Below, piece after piece: positions 19,087 to 33,100 of a DNA stretch of 64,000 nt. The DNA comes from Magallana gigas. Taxonomy: Eukaryota. Position 1 is the stretch's first letter. Every line of letters starts with the position of its first letter. Made by a program: the position numbers and the translations under genes. The stretch is taken from assembly GCF_963853765.1 (NCBI RefSeq), contig NC_088860.1, forward strand, positions 37,076,001 through 37,140,000, written 5' to 3'. The notes beneath the pieces are model-generated. The model did no database searches. It was not told the DNA's origin and saw only the letters and a program-made list of their open reading frames with translations.

Positions 19087-21154
19087 CATATGCTTTCATG
19101 TAACACATCCGAGACGATGTATTCTATAATATTATACAATAATGATTTCACACATACCCATATTAAACTCATGGCCTTGTTTTAGCTAGTCAGCACTGTC
19201 TTTTATAAAAGGTTTATTTAAGGTTCTATTTTGAAGTCTGGTTTTTTGTTTTATAACAAATGGTGCCTCTTCATATTGATCATTTTAAAGTCGGTCCAAA
19301 ACCTCATATTTGCGCTTCATAATCATTTTCATCGATCGACGATTGTGAGCAAATTAAAATGAAAATTAAATTGCATACATGATTAAAAAAATTCAAATTT
19401 AATTTATAAATATAAGTAGATTTATAAAGTTGTTAGTTATTTTATGTTGATCTGTTATGTTATATGTCTGTTGTTATGTCTATTGTATGTGTTGTCACCA
19501 ATTGTTTACTTTTTTGTTATCAAGAAAAAAATCATTTGGAATCGTGTAGTTTTTTTGTACTGCACAGAAATTGGTTATTTAGACAGGAAAAGTTTTACAT
19601 TTGAGATATTGTTTTGTAATGATTATGAGAAAATTCCGTCCCGATTACTGATAACCGTTTATAAAGACATTTATCCTTAAGCGTATTTATTTTAGTATTA
19701 GTAACTTAGAGTTCATACACATGGACTCATATATGGTATATTTTGATATATTCATATGATGGCATATTTTGTTTCGATATACTAGTTTATCTTTTTCGAA
19801 ATATGATATGTACATAAAAACTTCTGTTACAGCTATATATGCATTTATATTTGATTTTTGTATCAAAATGTAATGTCTGCAATTAGAATTCTGATATGCA
19901 AATATTTACATTCAGTGTATATTTCCTCTTACATGTATGTCTGCATTGAAAATGTGAAAAGGTCAATGTGCATTAACACTCGTATAAAACTGATCACGTT
20001 GTATAAGCACAATTAAACGTCATTGCTCGTTTGAATCGATTCATTGTTAGATTTTATGAAACGTTTACTTACCTAACGAATTTGATATATACTTTTGAAA
20101 TATAATTGATTAGTCATATCTATCCTATCTGAAAAAAGAGATTTCTCGGTAAAGTTTCTGGAACTTTATATATATTTAGCAACAGAAGCCCGCTAAATGG
20201 CACGTATAATGGCTGTCCCGTTTATTATCCATATCCATGACAGAGAGCGTATATAATGGCTTTAGAGCGAAGATACAAAAATTTATCATACAAATAAACA
20301 TATTAGCACCGAATGCTTAAATAACTATGCATATTGCGTATGTACACTTTCTTAATTTATCTTCATGTATCCATAGAAAATGTGTTAAAGTTAAAAGAAA
20401 TTATTGTATTGTCAATAAGTGTGTTGAACAGAAAACATGCCAAATTATTCTATTGAAGGATCAACTATTTGAAGTCTGACATCAGTCTGCACAGGCGCAA
20501 TAGTCTGTAATCTTATGGTAGTCAATGTTGCAAAGTTTCGAAGAATCGCGTATACGAAAAAACCACGCATAGTCAACCCATAAAGGATAAAATAAGACAA
20601 TATACATACCACGTATTATAGAAATTTGAATTGAAATTTTACTTGATGAACTAAACAATGTTAAATAATGCGTTGAGGACAGTTTTTTAAATTATTTTTA
20701 TAATCCAACATTCATACGTGGACTTCTTTTTTAGTCTTTTTAGACTTTTTCTCCCAGTCTTCTTGTCCAGTTTTGTCAGTGGCTGTATGAACAAAATCAG
20801 ACTATTTATTAAGAAATGGAAAAGACAGTACTCAACATGTGTTTTTTCTTTTCATGTAGATTTTATAAAATGAAATTATATCTTGTATTAACAATAAAAC
20901 TCTATTAAAACATTTCCTTGGGTGATTAATATATCAATGCATTCAAGAGAGAAAAGAGTGTGCAAGGAAGCAATTGACCCCTTACAAGATAGATAAAGTT
21001 TGAAAATAACCTATATCACAAATTGTTGTAACGGGTATTTATTACTTTTTACAATAATAAATTTGTCAAAGAAAGGAAGTTACACTCTTTCTATCCATTA
21101 TATGTTCATTTTTATTATCTTCATGAATACTGTCTGTCGATCTAGTAAATAAAT

Positions 21155-21638
21155 AAAATTGACAATAAAAAACCGTGAACCATCCCAAAAGTCCATAAAA
21201 CGAAATACAAATTCAAAGTAGAGCAACACGGACCTCCAAATAGATAGAGGAGGTAGGATCAGGTGCCTAGGATGAGTGGGCATCCTCTGCTGACCGGTCA
21301 CACCCGCCGTGTGCTCTATGTCGTAATCGGAAAAAACATGGAAAAAGTCCGTAGATAATTAGGTGATTAATTATGGTTCTGACAATTAGTATGAAAAACG
21401 TCAGTCAGCATGCGACCCAGTGGAAGATTGTATTTGCTGACAGGGTCTTTGTATCGACCATAGAACTTACGAAAAGATGACTTCAAACGAGACTGTTGAT
21501 TGTCCTGTTTTATCAACTTGTTTGTCAGTGGCTTGCTTCGCCTTAGAAACTATTCATACGAAGAGCATGCCCTTGCGTATATCAACTAAGAGACAAAACA
21601 CCATAAACAGGTGATGAATGTATATTGCTACAAGTAAG
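21155..21638 (-). mobile_element. 5'-truncated Penelope-like (Naiad-type) retroelement 3' end
   Basis: Minus strand gives decayed ...CSNI...MLTDVFHTN-type RT C-terminus then a 3' tail; homologous to 55262-55760. Confidence 0.6.
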
Positions 21639-22669
21639 CTTGTACCAGTGATTTCTGAAAATTCAAGAATAGGGTTTCCATCCAATGCAAATATTAATCT
21701 ACCATGCATTTATTTCAGTCACAAATACAGAGGTAATAGAATTGTTTTAATTTAAAAGTAACATTTGTTCTTGTCAGGGGTAATTTTTTGTATCATTTCT
21801 TATCATTTTACTAGTGATTTTTACAATTGTATTTCTTAATATTTTAATTACATTCAATTACTTATTTTGACTTTGTTTACTGTATAACATTTAAACCTTA
21901 TGAGGTTTTTAATAGGCATAATCGGGTCAACCTTTTTTTCACGTTGTAATGATTTTAAATGATTTTTTTTCAACTGGCAAAAGGGTCATTATATTTTTTT
22001 CGACGAATAATGGCCCCGATCATTACTCCGGAGATTCTTTAATAATCTTCACAACGACACAACAATTCCAATCTTTTAAAACATGTTAAGAAAAAGACAT
22101 CTTACAAAAGAATTTTATCTTTTGATTGACAATTTGGAACACTCGCTGAAAAAGTATACATTTTATTTGCATATGCTACACACGAATTTTAATGGCACTT
22201 ACGATTCATTATGCATATATTATAATAATCCATATCAAATAATATAAAGAGTTTTACCAGTAGAACATTATTATTCCTTTATTTGAGAAATTTACATTAA
22301 CAAAATTGTATCTTGCACGTAGATAAATCTAATGAATTGGATTATTAATTGTAACTTGATATGTGATGATTGTTAAATCAATCAAAATAAAGAGTATTTG
22401 ATACTGAAATAATTATATTCAATAAATATTAATAAAGTATGAATTTAGTTTAACTTAAATCTATAAAATAAGTAATGGTCTCAATTGGTGTCGGTTACAA
22501 ATTAAAAATATTAAACACCATTCAATAGTATATGCTAATCTATTTTTAGAGAAGAGCGCTTTAACAACTTTAAGTTTTCTTTCTCCTTTACCGAAAAAAT
22601 TGAGGCCAACCTCGGTCTTTTAAAAAAATCGTGTGCAGTAAAAAGAATTGGTCTTTAGAATCTGCCGAT

Positions 22670-22821
22670 TGTACTACTTCCGTTTAAATGACGATCAATG
22701 CTGGTTTTTAACAGTGTTATTATCTAGGATCTGGATAATCTAATGACACCAAAATACGACACACAGAACTGCATGAGGAAAACCAACGATTTCGTTCATC
22801 TACTTATGGTGCTATAACAAT
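22670..22821 (+). promoter_or_regulatory. Possible promoter and non-coding first exon of paralogue B
   Basis: ETS-like acttccg near 22676, donor-like t|gtaagt at 22822, acceptor-like ctttcatcag at 23852 upstream of the ATG; inference only. Confidence 0.25.
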
Positions 22822-23915
22822 GTAAGTAAACAAAAACGCCAACTTTCGGTTTGAACGTTACCATACAGTTATTTTAATTTTGCATAACTATCAAGATGCA
22901 GCATACATTAGAAATTGTAATTTACTAGCTTTTAGGTATCTTCAATAGTGTTGCTTTGGCAACAACATTCCATTCTTACCAGGTTTGCATCATGAAAACT
23001 AAATGCAGTCTAAACATTTAAAAGAGTTTTCATTGATGAATAAGGCGATTCAAATTGATAATCTTTTATAAGTTTAGCTTTTTTAGTAATTTCTTAAACG
23101 TTATATTGGTTTATGATGTTAGGTTGTGGATTTTTTTGAAAGCATTTTTCTGTAACGCGATGTTTTTATATTGTGAAATTAAATCTGTCAATTAATTTGT
23201 TTATCTTTTTAAACTATTCAACGAACGAAAAGCTTGATAAACATCTTGTATGGGCTTTTGTAGTCATTTGCTCCGTGACAGTGTAATTATCTCCCTCGTT
23301 CACGTATGAAATAGCTAGCTTGAAATACTTTAAAGATAACAACTAGTGATCAGAAGCAAATAAGATCTTTGGTATATTTAAAGTTCTCATTACAAATCTA
23401 TTGATTTAAAATTGTGGTTAGTATGATTTCTAATGTTTTGCAATTTCAAACCTTCATTGGGTATGAGATAAAGTATCAAAGAAGAAATCTTGCATTTTCG
23501 CCTTATATCGTTTTTGATTCTACGTCTCCGACAAGTACTTGTATGTGTATTTTCTTAAAACGGGAAAAATGAAGAAAAAATATCTTAGGACAAGATACAT
23601 GCATGAATACAATATTAAAATCTGACAACAAAATAAGAAATTTGATTTTACCCACCGGTTTTAATGCGTAAAACGTCATGCTAAAAGGTAAAGAAAGCAT
23701 TTTTTTTTTACTCTTCTAGACACTTGTAAATTGTGTGACATTTAAAACTAAAAATTTGAGCAAATGATTGAATTCAACCCCGTTTGTGCTGATAAAGTAG
23801 TGCTTTTCTGATATTATTAACAAATATACAACATGACTCTTTCTTTCATCAGAACGGACAGGAGTATTTTGTGAAAGACCCCCCCCCCCCCCACCCCCGC
23901 AAAAAAGGACAGAAA

Positions 23916-24173
23916 ATGGCGGGTATTGTTATGGACACAAAAATACACCCTTCAGAGCAATATGACAGGGTTCGATTTCGTTCAGACCAAGGGGGAGCAG
24001 GTCCGTCGACCTTGACCGAGAGAAAAAACAAGGAAACCCTTTACTTCGAAATACAGACAGACTTGACGCTAAAGGAAGCGCAAAAATCAGAAATGCGCAA
24101 AAAGATCCCAGGACTTGGTCGCATTCCTAAAGATCGCATAGATCCACAAAAAAAGGAATCAGATTTTCAAAAA
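23916..24173 (+). CDS. Paralogue B exon 1 (putative first coding exon, 86 aa)
   Basis: aaaATGg context, GC-richer open frame, AAA|gtaggt donor in phase 0 fitting exon 2; no TRPM motif, so the start is inferred. Confidence 0.6.
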
Positions 24174-27100
24174 GTAGGTTACAAAGTTAAATATATACAT
24201 GTATGTACAATACAGTGGATGTGTTTAAACCAACATTCTTTCAATCACTATTATTTCTGATAGAAATAAGATATATATGGCATTAATATAATAATATCAG
24301 ATGTAATTATTGTAATGCAATTTGATACAAATGAAAGAATAGAAACTTTAGTTGATTGTTTAATGAAGTACAGTAAACCTCGGTCATAGTCTTAAGGATT
24401 TGTGGATATTATACAATTATTGCTGCTTTTTATGTCAGTAATATGATTAATTTTTCGAATGGTGCAATATTCACTGAGCCGTAGGCGAGGGGAATATTGA
24501 ACTTTGAGGGTAGCTAAACAATCATATTGATTGTAATAAAAAACCCAGCATTAATTATTTTATTATGTGATACAGAGACGAATTGATACAGACAACTGGG
24601 ATGAATATTTTATAACCTTTTAGTTTGAAACCATAGCCAAACAGGTATGGTCAAACATGTTATTTCATTGGACGAGAGAAATAATGATTACAAGTCGGAG
24701 TAATCCCGAAATTCCCCCGATCTTTTTGTCTAATGTAAATCAAATAAGAAATTATAATAATCTCCTAGGCCACGTGCAGGTGAATATGACTAAATTTTTG
24801 GATATCAGCCAATCAAAATGCTAGAAATGATTCAATCACGTTATAAACTTCAATATATCAGTTATTAACTACATTTGTATAACGAATTCGTAACAATCAG
24901 AATAGCGAATTCGCTACATATATATTTTCTTCCACACTGATATCGTTTTTAAGATTATAAATCAATTTGCAGTTAAAGTAGTAAGGTCGTTTTTTTTTCA
25001 TTTCTATGGGCCTTAAATCAGTTCCCAATATCTGTAAATTCGTATAGCGGCCGTAAAAACTGTTTTAAGATTTGCTTTAAGAATCTTGCAGGGACTCAAT
25101 AAAAGTTTGCTATATCAAAGATTTTGCTATATCCGTGTTCATCCAAACGAGTTCTGTTACAGATCGTTTTACTTACTTGATGTGCTATTGTCAGTGTACT
25201 ATTTCAGAGGAAAGAAGAACTTCTTTGGTTTGTCAAACAAAATTTTAACCAAATTGAGTGTAGCAAATTTGTACCAGATCCTAAAAAGATTAATGTGGAA
25301 AAGATCGAGTATTTAAAGTAAGTTCAATTTTAAAAGGAAAGTAGTTAAAGCTGGCTGGTCCGTATTTTTGCATATCAAGGTATCAAATAATTTTCAATAC
25401 AAACAAATTATCTGAAAAAGTTACAAACTTTCAACCCTTTAATCAGCAGATTCAATCTGTTTTCATTGTTAAATTCATTGGAAATTGTTTTTTAAAAAGC
25501 CTTCTTCATGTAAACACAGAAAAATGGCAAATGCATGATGGATGAGTTAAGAAAAAGAACCGTTTAGTTTCCTTCCCCAAACAATTGGGTTTTTCTAACT
25601 CACAAATTATGCATCAATTCTGAACACAACAAACAATTGAAAGTTAGTAAAAAATTAAACACAGGTTTAGTCTTAATTTACAAAACATTTTTAATGACTT
25701 ATTTCCTTTATTTATAACAACTGTCAGAGTTGTATAACAAACATATCCGCCTCGACGTCGGGGACGAATCTGAGCAAAATATCGCGGTAACTTTGTGTGT
25801 AAACTTAGTTTTGAAAACAAATTTTCATATCATTTTTCAATAAGTGTATGGCTTAAATGACTGAGAAAACTACTGTCAAGCATATGATTTTACAACTCTA
25901 ACTTTTATTATAATATACTCATATTGAACAAAGCCATCGTTTTAAAGCTTACATAAAATCCGATATAAAAATGAACCAAACAGCTTTAATTTTGGAGATG
26001 TTTTAAAGTCTTTTTGATATCAAATAGAAAGAATTAGTTTTCAATCAAGTTTTCAATGAATAAAATTTCTATAATATTTTGCATTTGAATAATTCCCTCA
26101 GTAAAACTAGCTTTAAATTGTTTTTACATGCAATCATTGACCTGTTTAAGCAAATATTTAATCCAGTTAGATAACCATTAACTTAAATTTGATAAAGATA
26201 TTTAAGAGAAATGATTGGTGAAAAAAAAACACCAAGCAAATCATATTACTCTGTGTAAAGTTATTTTATATTATTTACCTGGTGTTTAGGTGTCATTGTG
26301 GGGAGATTCTTACAGAGCATGTGGTGATTTCTAACGCTCATAACAATACTGATTGTCTTGTTCCTGAAGGTAAGTGTTTTCTTCATTGGAATACTTTGTA
26401 TAATTTGGGAGGTTTCTATTCAACTATTAAACAATGAAATACTTCTTCTATCCAGTCTAATATTATTATTTACATGATTTGTAGTTGACCTTATATGGCT
26501 TTTACGTGGTCAGCAATCCCAAATAGGGAGAGAGCGGAGTTTAAGCATTTATATGGAATTTAAACATATTACGTTTACTACAAACAATATACCGGCTATT
26601 TCTTGTCGACTGTCTTTTTATAAATACTGATTGTCATAAAGATATAATCACAAAAAGTTTAATGTTTTTTAACAGTGTAACCAGTTTTAATTTTGGTACA
26701 AAACCTATTGTCATAAGGTTTCAAGAATTCAGTACACTACAGGCTACAATCGCTTAATATGAAACTTTCTTCTATATGAGACACATGGTTTAAATTGTGA
26801 TATTTCTATTCAATCATCTTTTTTTCTAGATAAAGATTTTATTTAAAGGCTACCCAATCAATTTGGGTATGAACTGGGTAAGGGCAGTTTGCGCATTCGT
26901 CACCTGAAAATTAAAATGTTCTTTATTATTTTATAAAATTTTAGGAGAGTGATGTCAAAATTTCAGAGATCAAATACTTTTAATGTTGGGGTTTTGAATT
27001 GCAAACTTTAGAAAAAATCAGTATTCTATTTTTCTGTTTTAAAGAATTGCATGATTTTTGTTCAAATCTACCCGGTAGTGTGTAAATCAAGAGATTGTAA

Positions 27101-30100
27101 CATGGACATAGAACAGGTAGGTGGTAGTATGTAATTCAAAAGATTTAACAAGGACATGGTATATTTATATAGAGATCGAACATTACAAAGGGATAAAGAT
27201 AACTAAATGTGTTGTAAGTTCTTACAAAATGCATTACCCATGTGACAACCAGTAAACAGTTTCATTGGTTAATTACGGGAGAGAGAACACTTTCTATTAA
27301 TGCATTTGTATTGAATATAGATAATGTAAATATTGTTCTCTACACATGAAACAATTTCAAATATGACATCATAAGTAGATAGATCTCCTTGAGCCGATTC
27401 TTACAATATGCATATATACTTTTTCTGTAAATTTTGGCTCTTAGAACATTTTAATTATCAGGCGATGCATTGCAAACCGCGAAGTATGAACTGTTCCCAT
27501 CAAGTATATATATATGAAACATTCTTTAAATAAAATATTTTTTCAGCCAATTTTTCAGCGCGTTACAATTAAATCTAATTTATTTCTGTAAATTTTTACT
27601 ATAGCCCTTATATTTTTAATGTGCCCAAAGTTTAGATTAGAATGTAATGGGCATTGCTTTAAAAGAATATGATCAGATGCGTGAGATATCAAAGAAAAAT
27701 TGCCATTTCTATATTCTTACGTATGGATAATAGCTTAAGTATATCATACATGTAATAGTGCAATATTTTATAAAGGACGATCTTTAAAAAATATTTCTTT
27801 AAGGACCTTTATGAATCACTAGAGGCTGATTATACATTATTTCAAGGAGTATATAGATTGTTTAAGCATTGATTAATTATTAGTCTAGATTTCTTTTACA
27901 CAAGGAAGGAGAGCAGAAGGCAAAGTTCTATTATAGTAATTAGCATTTTAAAAATGCTCTTAAGCTTGATCCGATATGTTAAGATATCCAATACGTAAAA
28001 TAAACAGGTTCAAAGGAATTAACTGTCACCTTTAGAACAACTTATATTTCAAATAACATTATTCAAGGAATCCACTGTAAGACAAATTAACAAAGTTAAA
28101 TCCGCTCCACCTATAAAAATGTCATACTTTAATCGTTTGTGTGCATTTTGATCACATGGATGACTCGTTGTCTCAAAGTTGTTAAAATTATTTCTCCACA
28201 GATAATTCGACAAATTTGCATCAACGCATTATAATCTCAGACTCTAAGTTCTTGTATTGTTAAATACTTCTGATAGTTGCGTTTGTTTGAACAAAAAAAC
28301 TAATCAGAATTCTATGTGCTTTGATCATATAAAAGAGACGGTAATATACAGAATGCTTTCTGTTATCTTTCTTTTTTTATTGAAATTTGTTTTTGAAAAT
28401 ATTGTGAAATTCGGGGTTTTTTGTAATAAACAATACTACTCTAATGATATTTTGCTTTTTAAAATTGAAATAAGATTTTAAAAAAAATCAAATTATGTAT
28501 ACATGTAAGTCCGCAGAAGATACGATTGTTTAAAACTTTTAAAATGTAGAAGCGACCGCTTCCTGGCATTTTGTTATAAAGTGAAATATTTAAAAGATAT
28601 TGTGGCTTAATAACAAGAAAAGGTTACTGAAGTAAAAGGTAATATAATAATATCTGGAGAACACTTTAACTCAAATGAGTATGGGACCATTTTGATTCTA
28701 GTTATTCAAACTATTATGTTTCCTTTTTTCACTTTTGAGCTAAAACATCCAACATATTATTTCAATGTATTGACCGAAAAGGAACATACAGCAAAATATG
28801 AAATGAAATGATTATTGTATTAAATACGCATTACAAAAAAATATGCTACTGTGGTCACAATTTCGATTTTAACTTTTATTCCAGAGTTGCGAAGCGACAT
28901 CAATTTTGCAAATATTGGAAAGTCTCCTCCAGAAAACTTAGCATCACTGCTATCAAATGTTACGTGGACTAAAGAAGATGCTTTCAGAAGAACACCTTGT
29001 ACAACGTTTGGCAAAATATGTTTTGTAAACAATGAAAACTCCAAGCCTGCCAAGGTATTTGTTTGAATTATCATAACCAAGAAACTACTTAAATATGCCT
29101 TCAATGAAATGCAATCATCAGCAGTATTTGGGTGCTGATATACATCTCCTCCCTCCATTTGCTCGCACTAGAAGCAATGTGAACTTTAATTAAAAGAACT
29201 TACAACATACAACTATTAATAGTCTTTAAAAACTGAGAAGATTGTTGACGCGATTCGTTTACAGCATAACTTTATCAAATGACAAATACAAATATGCAAA
29301 CTAAAAAAAAAAGAATCTTAACAATTAAGTTTACAGCCATTGCTATTTGTAAGAATGTTCATCAAGACTTAAAAGATAAAACATTGTGAGAAAAGACATC
29401 AGATAATATTGTTTTCCATACAGGCATACATGTAGTAAACCCATGTTTAATATTTGTTTTACTAGGGTCTGATGTAGGAAATTAACATATTCATTCTGGC
29501 AGATTTTAATTTTAGTAATAATTAAATATATTGGTATACAAGAACTTATTTTTTATAGTTGGATTTATAGTTGTTTTTTTTTGCATAAAGAGCAACTGCA
29601 GACATGTTATATAGAAATTGAAATCTTACAAAACCTTCTCCAGAGACTTCCCTCTCAGATTTATTTAACAACTAACAACAAGTCAGCAGCAGTTTCGATC
29701 CTTTTATTTTTATTTATGTATGCATGTTGAAAAGGAGGTCACAGTATATAGTTTTCTATATGTCGTTACTTAAGCTTTTTATTTTATGGGTACTGAATTT
29801 ATTTTAAAAAACACATTTTTAGTTGAGTCTGATTCAGATTAATGTTTTAGTATATTCGACTGAGTCACAATGATTCGGTAGACAAATGCTTGAAGCTTAT
29901 GGAGGACCACTGGAAAATTATGGAGCCAAAACGTCCCAGCTTATGTATATCTGTAATAGGAGGGGCAAAGAGCTTCAAGCTGGACAACAAGATGAGAGAA
30001 ACCTTCAACGCTGGCCTCATTAAGGTATATTGCGTCATTCTTCATCTCTTCCTCCTGCACCATCTGCTGCCCCAATAAACTCAGCCCCCTCATGCCATTC

Positions 30101-33100
30101 TTCCTCCTCCAAGAAGAATAAAAACTGTTCATCCTTTGGGTTTTTAACTTTGAATTACACATACACATTAGAAAACCTATCCTTTATTTACTTTTTTTTA
30201 AACCTCATTATTTTAACAACACTGTCACATCCTTATTTATTCTTCAAAAGCAACACATATTCCTACCTTTTAAAGGAATGAGTAATATAATACATATCAA
30301 GAATATCAATAATCGCCAAAACATTCCCTCACATTTTCTAGTCGTTTAATCAACGAAAGTTGTTTTGAATGCCGAATTTTTTTTCTATCATTTTCAATTT
30401 TACAATTCAAGGATTATATACTTTGCATAAGGGAAGTACACAAACTCGTTTTTCAACTTTGTAACAATTTGCTACTCTTACCTGTTTGAATAATTTTCCT
30501 TATCAGGCGGCAAAAACAACAAACGCTTGGCTGATCACGACTGGATCAAACGTCGGGGTGATGAGGGCAGTCGGGAATGCGGTCAGTGAGGGACAGTCAT
30601 TCCTGTGGGACGGCGACCGAATCACCCACACCCTGCGACTGATCGGTATAGGGCCCTGGGGATATGTCAAAAATAGGAAAAAACTTATTAGTAGGGGTGA
30701 TGTGAGTACAATAAAAAAATAAGGTTACAATAACAGTAAGCATTGAATGCTTTATTTTATATGTTCGGTCCTACAACACACCAGGCTCTGAAGACAAATT
30801 GAATCATATATTTTTTTATGATAATATGTATGAATTTATTTACATTTTCTCTTTCAAGACAATTTATACGCTCTAATAGAGTGTTATAGAAAGGAAAAAT
30901 ATACAAATATTTCATATGGCGCTTCTGTAGCAAAACATGTAGTTTGTGTCAGCAATCTTTTTCAGGGCTTGTTTTTGGGAGGAAATATGGATATGATTAA
31001 ACAGTTCTTTATGTAAAGTACATTGAAATTGGTTTAACAGTTTGAACGATTCAATGAATTTATTAATAATACACTTACTAAATTCGCGATGCTGACGTTT
31101 TAAATTATTTTATCCCCACGCCGTGATGAGGTTTGAAGTATGTAATTGAACATTGAACGACACAGATGCAAACATTAAGGGAAATAAACACTGAATGTAA
31201 ATAAATTATAAGTTTGATTAATGAATTTTATCTTACATATGCGTCAATAAGATCAAATTGCATTTGCATTCTAATTTGATTTAGGAATAATTTGATTCTG
31301 TACTATGAATGCTTAAAAAATTAACAACATAATTGTCTTCCTGTTTTTTATACGTCATTTTAATTTGTTTTTATTTAGAATGCTTTCAAAATTAATTTAT
31401 TGTTATTTTTGTGTAGGTATAAAAACTTTCCATTTTTCTTAATTTTAGGGATGTTTTCCAGTGCATTTTCAAACCAGCAACGTTATTCAACATGGTAAGC
31501 CTGTGCCCTTAAATCCAAATCACACACACTTTGTGTTTGTGGACGATGGATACAGGAACAATTATAAAGGAGCATCGGAGTTTCGGGCTTTATTTGAGCA
31601 GAAAGTCTCGAAACCAAGACAAGGTTAGAAAAAAAACACTTTATTTTATTAGTGTAAGTTGTTACAAAAATCTATAATTACATGAATATGTATGGAAAGA
31701 AACACACACAGAATTAATCAGACTAGAGACAGAAGATTGATTTTATTTTTTAAGAATTTTAAAATAACTATAATGAAGGCATAACACTAAAAGAGGTGTA
31801 TATATTAAATTGTTTGTATTTTGAAAGCTGGTGGGTTAGGAATACCAGTTGTGTTGGTGATCTTAGAGGGTGGGACTGACGCTATCAATGACGCTATGGT
31901 GTCTCTCAATCACAATATTCCTGTTGTCGTCTGCTCAGGAACAGGCCGGGCAGCAGACATCCTGGCCTATGCATATTCTCACAGCAGGTAAAAAGTTCAC
32001 CAATGATTTTTTTAATTGGTATTATCTTTTTTGTGTATGTTATCATTCTCTTGTGGAAAAACAAATATTTGTTTGGAAAATGTGTAATTTTTACCTAAGC
32101 CAAATATTTACAATTGCAAATAAGACCTATCTTTTATATTTTGTACACTATTTCATATGCAATTTATGTAAGATAAAGTCTTACATACTATTTTTTAAGG
32201 AACAATATTTCTTTATCTCTGACATATGTATCGATATCAATTGAAATTGAATCAGTTGACCATGATTTTTTTTTCTTAAAAATCGTAACGTTGTTCTTAT
32301 TTTTTTTATATAAGTTTGAAATGCATTCAGAAATATTGCTTAACTCAAAATGTAAGTTTTAACCAAACTTAATCAGAGGCTCAAGTGCGCTCTTCTGATC
32401 AAAATTTTCTGTTTGGCGTCGTCGTCATTGTAAATTCTTTTTTCTTTTTTTTTTTTTAAATTTAATCGTCTTCTATAGAACCGCTTTGGCAATGGTCAAT
32501 AACAAAATTTAAACAAAATGGAATTTCAGTTTGTACAAATGATGTACGCTCTTTCAAAGATAGATAATCTATAATAATATAAAATTTACTGTTTTTTAAT
32601 ATCTTTTCCTCAGACACAATTGGCTAAAAATACAGAAACGCATGTAAAAGCATTCTCAGATAATTAAGATTCAAGGTTTTTATATCTATATTATATTTCA
32701 TAAAATTTTCAAACAAAAATTCCAGGGGAAAGGACAGGGTCACATTAAATGGAAATAAGTAGAGAAAAATGTTTACAATCTTTTTCTATAAAACTATAAC
32801 TATAACTACAAAAGGGCTATGTTAAACTTTAGAATATGAAGAGAAAATCCATTAAGCAAGATTAGCTATATTGAATTATCCAGATATTTTTATGCCATAA
32901 GGCTGGTTAAACAAACGTAATTTCCATTGTTTCTCAGGTAAAGAATATAACCCCTTAACCTGATGTCTTAAGATGTCACAGGCAGGTGGTGAACCATATA
33001 CAAATCACGACTGATTATAAATTCAATTCTCACATTTTAAATGCAATTTATTGATATTTCATATTGCTATGAAATTAATTACTAGACCCTTTCGCAAAAA

